DNA from: an uncultured bacterium
Lineage (GTDB): Bacteria; Patescibacteriota; Minisyncoccia; UBA6257; 2-01-FULL-56-20
Direction: 5' to 3'
Assembly: GCA_963844965.1 (NCBI GenBank)
Contig: CAWJQC010000007.1
Span: 160,001 to 224,000, forward strand
DNA length: 64,000 nt
Each line of letters starts with the position of its first letter. The first letter of the stretch is position 1. Positions 56,650 through 64,000 of this stretch are shown here, one piece after another. The translations under genes and the position numbers were made by a program. Below the pieces are notes generated by a model, which worked only from the letters and a program-made list of their open reading frames with translations, did no database searches and was not told where the DNA came from.

Positions 56650-57205
56650 AGCCCCGGCCTTTAGGCCGAGGATAAGGCGACCCCGTAGCCCCGAGCGAAG
56701 CGAGGGGCGGAGGGCTTATTTGCCTGTTCCCACTGGTTTCTGCCGGTGCGATAATGAAGATAATGCCCTCTGGATTCTGGCCAAGCAACCACAGCTATAC
56801 GCGATGTTTGTACCACGTTGTTTTCTGCCCAAAGTACCGCCGCTCGATACTGCGAGGGGACATGGTCGGGCGACTCAAGACATTGTTCTTTCAAGCCGCC
56901 AAGATGAATAAATGGTTCATCCATGAAGCGCAGATAATGCCCGACCATGTCCATCTATTGCTTCAAATTCCTGCTACCCTGACGGTTGCCAAAGCGGTGT
57001 TTTATCTCAAAGGCGGTACGTCCAGGGCTGTCAGAAAAGAATTTCCCGAGCTGGAAGAATTCCTCTGGGGAGACAGCTTGTGGCAGGATGGTTACTTTGC
57101 CGAAACCGTTGGCCGTCAAAACGAAAAAGCGATGAGAGAATATATCAGAAACCAGTGGGAACAGGAGCCGAACACAAGCCGCGGGCTTTAGCCCGCGGTG
57201 ATTGA
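56650..57205 (+). mobile_element. IS200/IS605-family element (tnpA only) with subterminal hairpins CGGCCTTTAGGCCG (left) and GCCGCGGGCTTTAGCCCGCGG (right)
   Basis: Y1 HUH transposase gene flanked by imperfect palindromes with a shared TTTAG loop. Confidence 0.65.
56754..57191 (+). CDS. tnpA: IS200/IS605 family transposase TnpA (HUH Y1 transposase)
   Basis: YHVVFCPKYRR and HVHLLL (HUH) motifs, ~145 aa. Confidence 0.85.
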   Translation: MKIMPSGFWPSNHSYTRCLYHVVFCPKYRRSILRGDMVGRLKTLFFQAAKMNKWFIHEAQIMPDHVHLLLQIPATLTVAKAVFYLKGGTSRAVRKEFPELEEFLWGDSLWQDGYFAETVGRQNEKAMREYIRNQWEQEPNTSRGL

Positions 57206-57270
57206 CAATTGTAAAAGAGGCATGTTACAAGGTAGGAAGTTCGCCCACACCGTTCAGTGGGAGGTACGAA

Positions 57271-57573
57271 ATGACCATAACCGAAGAAGATTTCATGGTT
57301 GGAGACACCGTGGAGTGGAAAGGAGATGAATCCCTGCCAGAGGAAGATGACAGGGAAAATATCAAGCTCCTCAAGAAGCTTTTCGGCCCCGGACCATTTT
57401 CTGTAAGAAGAACTGCGCCGATAGAGAACGATGAAGCAATTCATACCAGGCATCACCAGTTTTTGGAATTAAGTGATGCTACCGGAGAAACGGTGAACCG
57501 CCTGGATTTGGGCATAGGCGGTAAGCTTTCAGGTTTTTGGTTCGTGAAGGTTTCTTCGGCCAAGCCAAACTAA
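57271..57573 (+). CDS. hypothetical acidic protein (~100 aa)
   Basis: RBS GGGAGG; start chosen at MTITEED. Confidence 0.4.
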   Translation: MTITEEDFMVGDTVEWKGDESLPEEDDRENIKLLKKLFGPGPFSVRRTAPIENDEAIHTRHHQFLELSDATGETVNRLDLGIGGKLSGFWFVKVSSAKPN

Positions 57574-57725
57574 GAATAAACAAGCCGCTACGCAATCGCG
57601 TGGACGGCTTTTTATTTTTAACTACTTTTTGCCAATTGCGCAGCAAGAGGCGCCGGAGTTTTTGGCGGGAGTGGAAATAAAAACAAGCTGCCGGTCTGTC
57701 CGGCAGCAATTGAATTTTTCTTAAA

Positions 57726-58271
57726 TCACTTTACGTTTCTGATGAGCGCGTAAGCGGCGAGGCCGCCCACGAGAGCTGTGAAAAGCTGGGGCCAGCCCAT
57801 CATCGCGAGCAGGGCAGGGGGAATCTTTACGGGGAGAATTTTGGAGATTAGGAAGTAGGCAGCTCCGTAGAGCAGGGTGAATTTGAGGAGTGCGGCGAGG
57901 CCGATACCGAGAATGGCGTTTTTCCGGCGGGCATAATGAAAAATGACAATGAGAATGGTATTTCCCAGCATTATGAAAGGAATCATAGGCGCGAGCGGTG
58001 CGGGCAAAGTTCCGCTCGCGAAAGCAATGACGCTCGGTACGAGTCCCAAGAGTATTGCGCCCGCGGGGCCGAGGATAACGGTCGCGGCAAAAAGAGCGGC
58101 ATTAACAAAAGTTCCCGTTACGGCCTGACTGTGAATTGCGAGTGGCGCCAAAACCGTCGCTGCGAGAAGTGCGAGAAATATTGAAATCTTAGTGGGAACG
58201 TTTAACGAGAGCGCATATGATTCCATTGATTTAATTTTAGATGATGGAAGCCGGAAAATCAACGGCAACAT
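57726..58271 (-). CDS. multi-TM membrane protein, possibly an ECF-transporter S component / BioY-like
   Basis: 5-6 hydrophobic helices; weak family resemblance. Confidence 0.35.
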   Translation of the reverse strand: MLPLIFRLPSSKIKSMESYALSLNVPTKISIFLALLAATVLAPLAIHSQAVTGTFVNAALFAATVILGPAGAILLGLVPSVIAFASGTLPAPLAPMIPFIMLGNTILIVIFHYARRKNAILGIGLAALLKFTLLYGAAYFLISKILPVKIPPALLAMMGWPQLFTALVGGLAAYALIRNVK

Positions 58272-58323
58272 TTCGGAATTTAGAATTGGCGGCTGTTTGT
58301 GTTAAAATCATATAAAACAAACC

Positions 58324-59112
58324 ATGAATGAAGTCGCCAAACTTATTGAACTTTTAAACAATAAAGCGAAGCTCACCGCTATGCTCGCTCCGTCGTTTCC
58401 GGTTATGTATGAGTATCCGCAAATCATCGGCAGGCTGAGGCAGTTGGGTTTTTCGCATGTTGTTGAAGTCGCGGCGGGCGCTAAAAGAACAAACGAGGCG
58501 GTCGTGAAGTTGCTGCGGGATGACCCTAAGTCGCGATTCATCACGAGTCCATGTCCGAGTTTTGTGCGTCTCGTGAGGACCAAACATCCGCAGCTTCTGC
58601 CGTACCTTGCGTTCAAGGCCGATTCGCCGATGGTCGCGACCGCGCGTATCGTGAAAGAAAAATTTCCCGACTGCCAGCCGGTTTTTATCGGTCCCTGCAT
58701 CGCCAAGAAACTTGAGGCCTCGGAGGATTATCCGGAACTCAATATTTTAGTCATAACCTACAGAGAGCTTGAGGTGGTTTTCAATACGTTCCATGTGGGG
58801 AATGCGGTTGCTCGGGTAGATGGTGGGTTTGACATCGCGGAACAGGGGACGCGCATTTATCCGACTGACGGCGGGCTCACGGAATCGAGCGGTGCGAGGA
58901 GTATTCTCGAGGACGAGGAAATAAGAATCGTTTCCGGATGGAAGAATTGCGAAGCGGCTCTCGCAGAATTTGAAAAAAATCCAAAAATTCGGCTGCTTGA
59001 TATTTTATTCTGCGAAGGCGGGTGCATCATGGGGCCGGGAATAGTAAGCGCCTTGCCGCTTGAGGAGCGCAAAAAGAAAATTATGGAGTTTTCGGCGAGA
59101 AGAGATTCATGA
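58324..59112 (+). CDS. [FeFe]-hydrogenase large-subunit C-terminal-domain-like protein (degenerate H-cluster motifs)
   Basis: TSPCPSF, GPCIAKK, EGGCIMGPG correspond to H-cluster motifs L1-L3. Confidence 0.55.
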   Translation: MNEVAKLIELLNNKAKLTAMLAPSFPVMYEYPQIIGRLRQLGFSHVVEVAAGAKRTNEAVVKLLRDDPKSRFITSPCPSFVRLVRTKHPQLLPYLAFKADSPMVATARIVKEKFPDCQPVFIGPCIAKKLEASEDYPELNILVITYRELEVVFNTFHVGNAVARVDGGFDIAEQGTRIYPTDGGLTESSGARSILEDEEIRIVSGWKNCEAALAEFEKNPKIRLLDILFCEGGCIMGPGIVSALPLEERKKKIMEFSARRDS

Positions 59113-59152
59113 TTGGAAAAATTTGCGGAAAAGCGGGAGAATGGGGATATTA

Positions 59153-59869
59153 ATGAAAATAAAAAAACCAATCAAGATTACACCCCAACGTTCCTCGACA
59201 GAACTGGACTACCACGCCTTACTCGCAAAATACCCCTGGATGGCTAAGCGAGGACAAAATTGTATCGTAAGCCCAGATAGTGATGGTCTGCTTTGCGGTC
59301 TCCTTATGTCGTACTATCTAGGATGGCGGATTTGCGGATTTTATGACGGGAAAGTTCTCGTTCTCGAAGATGGTTGCAATCCTCAAGAAAGTGTTTTTCT
59401 CGACATGGAAATATTCCGGCCGAATATCCGCAGCGTTGGACAACATATGGTCATGTATGACAAGGCGGACCTACCACCAAACTGGCAAAATTTCGACAAT
59501 TGTATTGCTGCAAATAATCTAAGGAATTACGACTTTAAAAATGATTTCAAGCTCAAATATCCGCTTGGAACAGTTCATCTCCTGCTTGCTATTTTAGGAC
59601 AGAGCAACACCATCCCTATCACCAAAAATGGAGTGAGCCCGTTATTATATACCGACGGAACTTTTAAGAATCAATTTAACTATCCAGAAAATTGCTTGAG
59701 TTGGTTGGATTTTTTGGGAGCAAATCAGGCAAATAGTCCACTTCAAAAAATCTTTCTAGACAGACATTATTCAACTTATGAATTAATGGTTGAGCTGAAA
59801 GATTTATTTTTGAAATTCAATGTCATTGGAGGAGGAAAACGTGGCGGTGATAAAATCAAGAATCTCTGA
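59153..59869 (+). CDS. hypothetical protein (238 aa)
   Basis: ORF; start chosen at MKIKKPIK with GGGGA RBS. Confidence 0.45.
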   Translation: MKIKKPIKITPQRSSTELDYHALLAKYPWMAKRGQNCIVSPDSDGLLCGLLMSYYLGWRICGFYDGKVLVLEDGCNPQESVFLDMEIFRPNIRSVGQHMVMYDKADLPPNWQNFDNCIAANNLRNYDFKNDFKLKYPLGTVHLLLAILGQSNTIPITKNGVSPLLYTDGTFKNQFNYPENCLSWLDFLGANQANSPLQKIFLDRHYSTYELMVELKDLFLKFNVIGGGKRGGDKIKNL

Positions 59870-60155
59870 TTCGCGAGGAAATATTGTTAACATCGACTCT
59901 CGTACCAACCTCCTCAAGACAGAAACTAGGACTCAAGCAGAAAATCTTTTGGAAATGTTGGCAGACAAAACTAAGTGGACATTTACGTCCGCTCATTGGC
60001 CGTGGGGTCCATATCAAACCACTCGATTTAGAAAAGGCAGCGTAAAACCTGGGAAGGCTCGTTACAACGCGCTTCTTGCTCAAAATCCCATATCTCTCGC
60101 GATTATCAGCCGAGAGAGTATTGAATATACGATAGACGAAAACGGAATGTTCTAG
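59841..60155 (+). CDS. hypothetical protein (~104 aa), GTG start with a GGAGGAGG RBS; its stop shares TCTAGA with the convergent gene
   Basis: ORF plus a strong RBS. Confidence 0.4.
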   Translation: MAVIKSRISDSRGNIVNIDSRTNLLKTETRTQAENLLEMLADKTKWTFTSAHWPWGPYQTTRFRKGSVKPGKARYNALLAQNPISLAIISRESIEYTIDENGMF

Positions 60156-61609
60156 AGCAATCTGTTTTGTGACGCCAAAACGCATTCTTCCTTCATGCGT
60201 TTTTCTGCAATCGCACAGTACTCGGGCGCAATATCAATTCCGATATACTTGTGCCCCAAATTCTTTGCCGCAACGGTAGTAGTGCCACTTCCAACAAAAG
60301 GATCTAAGACGACCCCATTTTTGGGACAGAAGCATTGTATGAAATCGTACGGCAATTGATTTGGAAATGTTGCCGGATGTTGATGTTTTAGTCGGCTGCC
60401 GTCACCGGCCGTGAGATATTCCCAAATCGTCCCCCGGCACTTCATGGGATTTATCTTGATGGGTCGGGTGTTTATCCGTGTGCCATTTGTCAGGCGAGTG
60501 CCTCCGCCTGTCAATGTTTTCCCGCCCCACTTAGACGGTATTTTGAGTGGTTCTTTATTGAAATGCTGTGGCCTTTCTCCTTTTAGGAAAATTGGCATAT
60601 ATTCGTGGTCGACACGGAAGCGTTTATTCCACCAAGCGCCCTCCGCGCCGTACTTTCTATAGATGGTGGTCTCAAAAAGTTTAAATCCTACATTATCACA
60701 CCAATCTATTATTGTTTTGAAAGAGGTCAGCGATTTCGCGAAATTTTTTGTTTGATCTTGGATGACCATTACGGCTACTCCGCCGTCTTTCAGCGCTCTG
60801 TATATTTCTCTTCCTGTCTCGTGGAGATTAAATTTCGGCCTTCCTTTGTAGTCGCGTACGGCATCGTACGGAGGCGAAGTGACTACAATATCCACCGAAT
60901 TGGGGGGAAACTCTTTCATTATATCTACCGCATCGCCGCAAATGATTTTATTTAGCGGCAATTCTTCATATTTTTTAACTTCTTTGTGCTCGGGAAGTTG
61001 TATTGTTGACGCTCCTTCTTCCCGGATAACATCAAGCACTATTCCTTGGATTGAAACATCTCGTCCGTTTCGGAAGATAAGCGGCTCCATATTTTTATTG
61101 GCCGGTTGCAAACGAATATGTCCTCGTTCTTTATAAAATTTCTTAAGTGTTGCTTCGTGATTATCAATAAGCGCCACCACTTTTTGTCCGTTCTCGGCGA
61201 TTTTCTGCTGTTTTACCAAAACGATATCTCCATCGTTGATATTCTCATCAACCATGCTATTACCGACAACCTTTAGTGCGTAAATCTGGCCAGAACCGGG
61301 TAATCTACTTTGAGGAACAGCGATGGTCTCTCTGTCTTCTATGGCCTCAATCGGTTGGCCTGCGGCTATGGTTCCCAGCAGAGAAATACTTATCATCTTT
61401 TCTGATTTTGAAATTTCTATCCCTCGCGGCTGACTCGTCGCCTTTGTCAATAATCCTTTCTCTTTCAACGATTCAATATGCTGGTGAATAGTTGAGACCG
61501 AACTTAACCGGAAATGCTTTTTAATTTCCTCAAGCGATGGAGCGAACCCCCTTTTCTTGGTAAAACTTTTTATAAAATCCAAAATTTGTTTTTGGCGTTT
61601 GGTTAGCAT
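60152..61609 (-). CDS. fusion of a full-length LexA-like repressor (HTH plus S24 peptidase) with a beta-class N4/N6 DNA methyltransferase
   Basis: N-terminal 205 aa align to LexA (cleavage site AAG, catalytic GNSM Ser and K in ATLKKF); the C-terminal ~280 aa carry motif IV TSPPY before motif I DPFVGSGTT; one continuous 485-codon ORF; TATAAT 6 nt upstream of the ATG. Confidence 0.7.
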   Translation of the reverse strand: MLTKRQKQILDFIKSFTKKRGFAPSLEEIKKHFRLSSVSTIHQHIESLKEKGLLTKATSQPRGIEISKSEKMISISLLGTIAAGQPIEAIEDRETIAVPQSRLPGSGQIYALKVVGNSMVDENINDGDIVLVKQQKIAENGQKVVALIDNHEATLKKFYKERGHIRLQPANKNMEPLIFRNGRDVSIQGIVLDVIREEGASTIQLPEHKEVKKYEELPLNKIICGDAVDIMKEFPPNSVDIVVTSPPYDAVRDYKGRPKFNLHETGREIYRALKDGGVAVMVIQDQTKNFAKSLTSFKTIIDWCDNVGFKLFETTIYRKYGAEGAWWNKRFRVDHEYMPIFLKGERPQHFNKEPLKIPSKWGGKTLTGGGTRLTNGTRINTRPIKINPMKCRGTIWEYLTAGDGSRLKHQHPATFPNQLPYDFIQCFCPKNGVVLDPFVGSGTTTVAAKNLGHKYIGIDIAPEYCAIAEKRMKEECVLASQNRLL

Positions 61610-61749
61610 AGTTTGATTATACCAGCATCCCCAATCTTTTGCCTGTGGATAACTTTCGGTTTATTTTCGGTATGGTTTATGTTATAATGTAATCAACAAC
61701 AAAAGGCGTAAGGTACCAAGAAAATAGAGCAAAAATTTAGTTTTTAAAC

Positions 61750-62226
61750 ATGTGGCAATTTACCGAACAATATAAAAGGGTTGAAAGGTGGCACGCTAGA
61801 CTAAAAGCAATCTGTCGGAAAGTTCCAAAAGATATTGGAGACGATGAAGACATTCAAGGCAGAGATGACATTTTGGCGTTTTTTCAAAATTGTTACCATC
61901 TGAAAGATTGGGTTGAGAATGATGGTTCATGCCAAATTGCCGACAAGAAAAATGTAGTCGAAAATTTCATTAAAAATTCAGAATTTTTAAAGGTGTGCAA
62001 AGATGTTTGCAATGCGTCTAAGCACTTAGAGGTGGGACATCAAAGAATAGATCCGAGCGAGATTGTTAATTATGAGTTTTTTATATCAGGACCAAGTTTT
62101 TCTAACGGTGTTGTTACGAAACGCAATTTTAAAATTAGAGAACAGTATGAGGCGTTAGATCTCGCAGATAAATGTATGGGTGAGTGGCACGACTTTTTTA
62201 ATAAACAAGGAATGTCTTGGTCATGA
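61750..62226 (+). CDS. hypothetical protein (158 aa)
   Basis: ORF only. Confidence 0.4.
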   Translation: MWQFTEQYKRVERWHARLKAICRKVPKDIGDDEDIQGRDDILAFFQNCYHLKDWVENDGSCQIADKKNVVENFIKNSEFLKVCKDVCNASKHLEVGHQRIDPSEIVNYEFFISGPSFSNGVVTKRNFKIREQYEALDLADKCMGEWHDFFNKQGMSWS

Positions 62227-62331
62227 TTGCCTACCCCATAATCCGAAAATCCCACGAATCCTGCGAAAAAGCGAAAGAATTATTAGAAGAAGCCAAACGA
62301 AAGGTCGAGGAAATGATAGAAAAGAAATAAA

Positions 62332-62628
62332 ATGCCCAAATTTAGTAGGCTCAAAAAATTTACGAAAACGAACATTGAGAAAATACCTAAAAATAAATCA
62401 ATAGTATATAAGCTTACAAATACTGCTGGCAAAAACTTATATACGGGTATTGCTGGACGTGGCAGAACCGTTAAGCGCCTGCTCGAACACAAAAAACTTA
62501 AGAAGGACGAGATAAAGGGGGCGTCTCGTTTTAAGATCGCTCAAGTATCTACCAAAAAGCGAGCGGCTCAGATTGAAAAGCAAATTATAAAAAGGGAAAA
62601 ACCAGAGTTTAACATCCAGCATAAGTAA
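62332..62628 (+). CDS. stand-alone GIY-YIG nuclease domain protein (homing-endonuclease-like catalytic domain, 98 aa)
   Basis: SIVYKLTNTAGKNLYTGIAGRGRTVKRLLEH matches the GIY...YIG...R...E pattern. Confidence 0.6.
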   Translation: MPKFSRLKKFTKTNIEKIPKNKSIVYKLTNTAGKNLYTGIAGRGRTVKRLLEHKKLKKDEIKGASRFKIAQVSTKKRAAQIEKQIIKREKPEFNIQHK

Positions 62629-62648
62629 ATTATGCTATAATTTATATT

Positions 62649-63452
62649 ATGAAAACCATTAAAGAATTACTGGAACTTTCGGGGAAAACGGCGATCGTAA
62701 CCGGCGGGGCGGCCGGCATCGGTTTTGGCGTGAGTTCGCGCCTCGCGGAAGCGGGTGCGAACGTCCTTATCGCGGATATGAACGCGGAGAACGCGGAAAA
62801 GGCGAAAAAAGAATTGTTGAGCGGCGGCTGGAAGGCGGAGGCCGTGCATGCAGACGTTTCAAACGAGGATGACGTTCGGAAAATGGTGGAGAAAGCGGTT
62901 GACGCTTTCGGCGGCGTGGACATTCTCGTGAACAACGCCGGAATTTATCCGAGCATCCCCGTGATGAATATGTCGGCGGCGGATTTTGAAAAAGTTATCG
63001 CCGTTAATCTTAAGGGCGTTTTCCTTTGCACGAAAAAAGCGGCGGAGCGGATGATATCGCAGGGGCGCGGCGGGAAAATTATTAACATCACTTCCATTGA
63101 CGCTCTGCATCCTTCGTCCGTCGGCCTTGCCCACTACGATGCTTCCAAACATGGCGTCTGGGGTTTCACGAAGAACGTGGCTTTAGAGCTCGCACCGCAC
63201 AATATCTGGGTGAATGCCGTGGCTCCGGGCGGCATAGCGACTCCGGGAGTTGCCGATTCGCAGAAAACGGCTCCGACCGCGGTCGGAGTGGATATGAAGA
63301 AAGTGCTTGAAGGATTTCTCGCCAAAATCCCGATGAAGCGGATGGGGGAGCCGGACGATATCGGCAAGGTTGTGCTTTTTCTCGCCTCGGAAATGTCTTC
63401 TTATATGACGGGCAGCCAGATAGTGGTGGACGGCGGATATTTGCTGATGTAA
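62649..63452 (+). CDS. SDR family oxidoreductase (FabG/glucose dehydrogenase-like)
   Basis: TGGAAGIG cofactor motif, NNAG, catalytic YxxxK. Confidence 0.85.
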   Translation: MKTIKELLELSGKTAIVTGGAAGIGFGVSSRLAEAGANVLIADMNAENAEKAKKELLSGGWKAEAVHADVSNEDDVRKMVEKAVDAFGGVDILVNNAGIYPSIPVMNMSAADFEKVIAVNLKGVFLCTKKAAERMISQGRGGKIINITSIDALHPSSVGLAHYDASKHGVWGFTKNVALELAPHNIWVNAVAPGGIATPGVADSQKTAPTAVGVDMKKVLEGFLAKIPMKRMGEPDDIGKVVLFLASEMSSYMTGSQIVVDGGYLLM

Positions 63453-63549
63453 TAAACGACGAATTTTCTTCGTAAAGTATTCCGCTATTGATATTTTGAA
63501 TGAAGTTAGTTATGATATGACACAGTCCTGAATTGATAAGGAGGGAGCG

Positions 63550-64000
63550 TTGAAGACAAAATATAGAATATTAGATACAAGCAGAGTTCTGGGGATAATC
63601 TGCGCCGGCGGCGACGGAACCAGAATTGAGCCGCTTTCAAGATACAGAGCCAAACCGGCCATTCCGATCGGCGGCAGCCACCGGCTGATAGACATCGCGC
63701 TTTCAAATAGCCTGAATTCCGGATCACGCACAACTGCGTGATCGTCCAGAAACGTCCCCAATCTCTTGTCGCGCACCTTGACGGCTACTCCAACGGCGTG
63801 GCGCAGATGCGCGGGCAGTTCATCCACACGCTTTCTCCTCCGAGAGAGGAGGAGAGATTTTTCGCGTCGGATGTTGATTCGTTCATCCAGCTCCGCGGCC
63901 ACCTTGTGGCTGAGGGTTTTGATATCGTCCTCATAACTATGGCCGACCAGGTGGTAAAAATAGATTACCGGCAGGTTATTGAGAGTTTACTTGAGGGGAA
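63550..64000 (+). CDS. glgC: glucose-1-phosphate adenylyltransferase (partial, runs off the window end); frameshift near 63726 (missing A), TTG start
   Basis: [46 protein letters not shown], then conserved GlgC blocks continue in the +1 frame. Confidence 0.7.

Noticed and set aside
63510-63902. 130-aa minus-strand ORF
   Set aside because: The plus strand encodes an unmistakable GlgC N-terminus (with one frameshift), so the antisense ORF is spurious.

Overview
The window reads as a small, gene-dense bacterial chromosome segment with short proteins, many leaderless-looking promoters and rRNA insertions; this composition suggests a Patescibacteria/CPR-like genome, which I infer and cannot prove from sequence alone. 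Core housekeeping genes make up most of it: xerC-like recombinase, recO, glyQS, murA, mreB (broken), holB, frr, rseP, yvcK/cofD-like, rpsB-tsf, ccdA plus a thioredoxin-like protein, a glycerate kinase, ppsA, an ABC transporter pair, eno, nifS, a macro-domain protein, nifU, a ferredoxin and its reductase, nnr, ybaK, acs, a korA/korB oxidoreductase pair, an SDR oxidoreductase and glgC. An rRNA operon lacks 16S and consists of three tRNAs, a 23S rRNA (about 18910-22745) carrying at least seven intervening sequences, and a 5S rRNA. A second tRNA cluster holds Tyr, Ala(UGC) and Ser(UGA), plus a split tRNA-Ala-like gene whose two halves flank the intact tRNA-Ala. Candidates for novel biology, in order of interest: a full-length LexA repressor fused in frame to a beta-class N4/N6 DNA methyltransferase (60152-61609) with small GIY-YIG and hypothetical neighbours; a cassette-like island downstream of ppsA (34.4-38.4 kb) bounded by three direct copies of the ppsA 3' end and carrying a MerR-HTH/GHKL-ATPase protein, a STAS/DUF4325 protein and an overlapping gene pair; a family of 23S intervening sequences with conserved terminal stems; a TTAACG-type palindromic repeat family; a MITE-like element; a bipartite GTCATTCTGAG...CGAAGAATC motif at two insertion junctions; and an IS200/IS605 tnpA. 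Caveat: at least 8 conserved genes show single-base or 2-nt indels, mostly at homopolymers (PMT-like GT, DUF11 protein, mreB three times, Nudix twice, holB, rpsB, glgC). This pattern suggests an indel-prone assembly, so apparent pseudogenes here should be treated cautiously.
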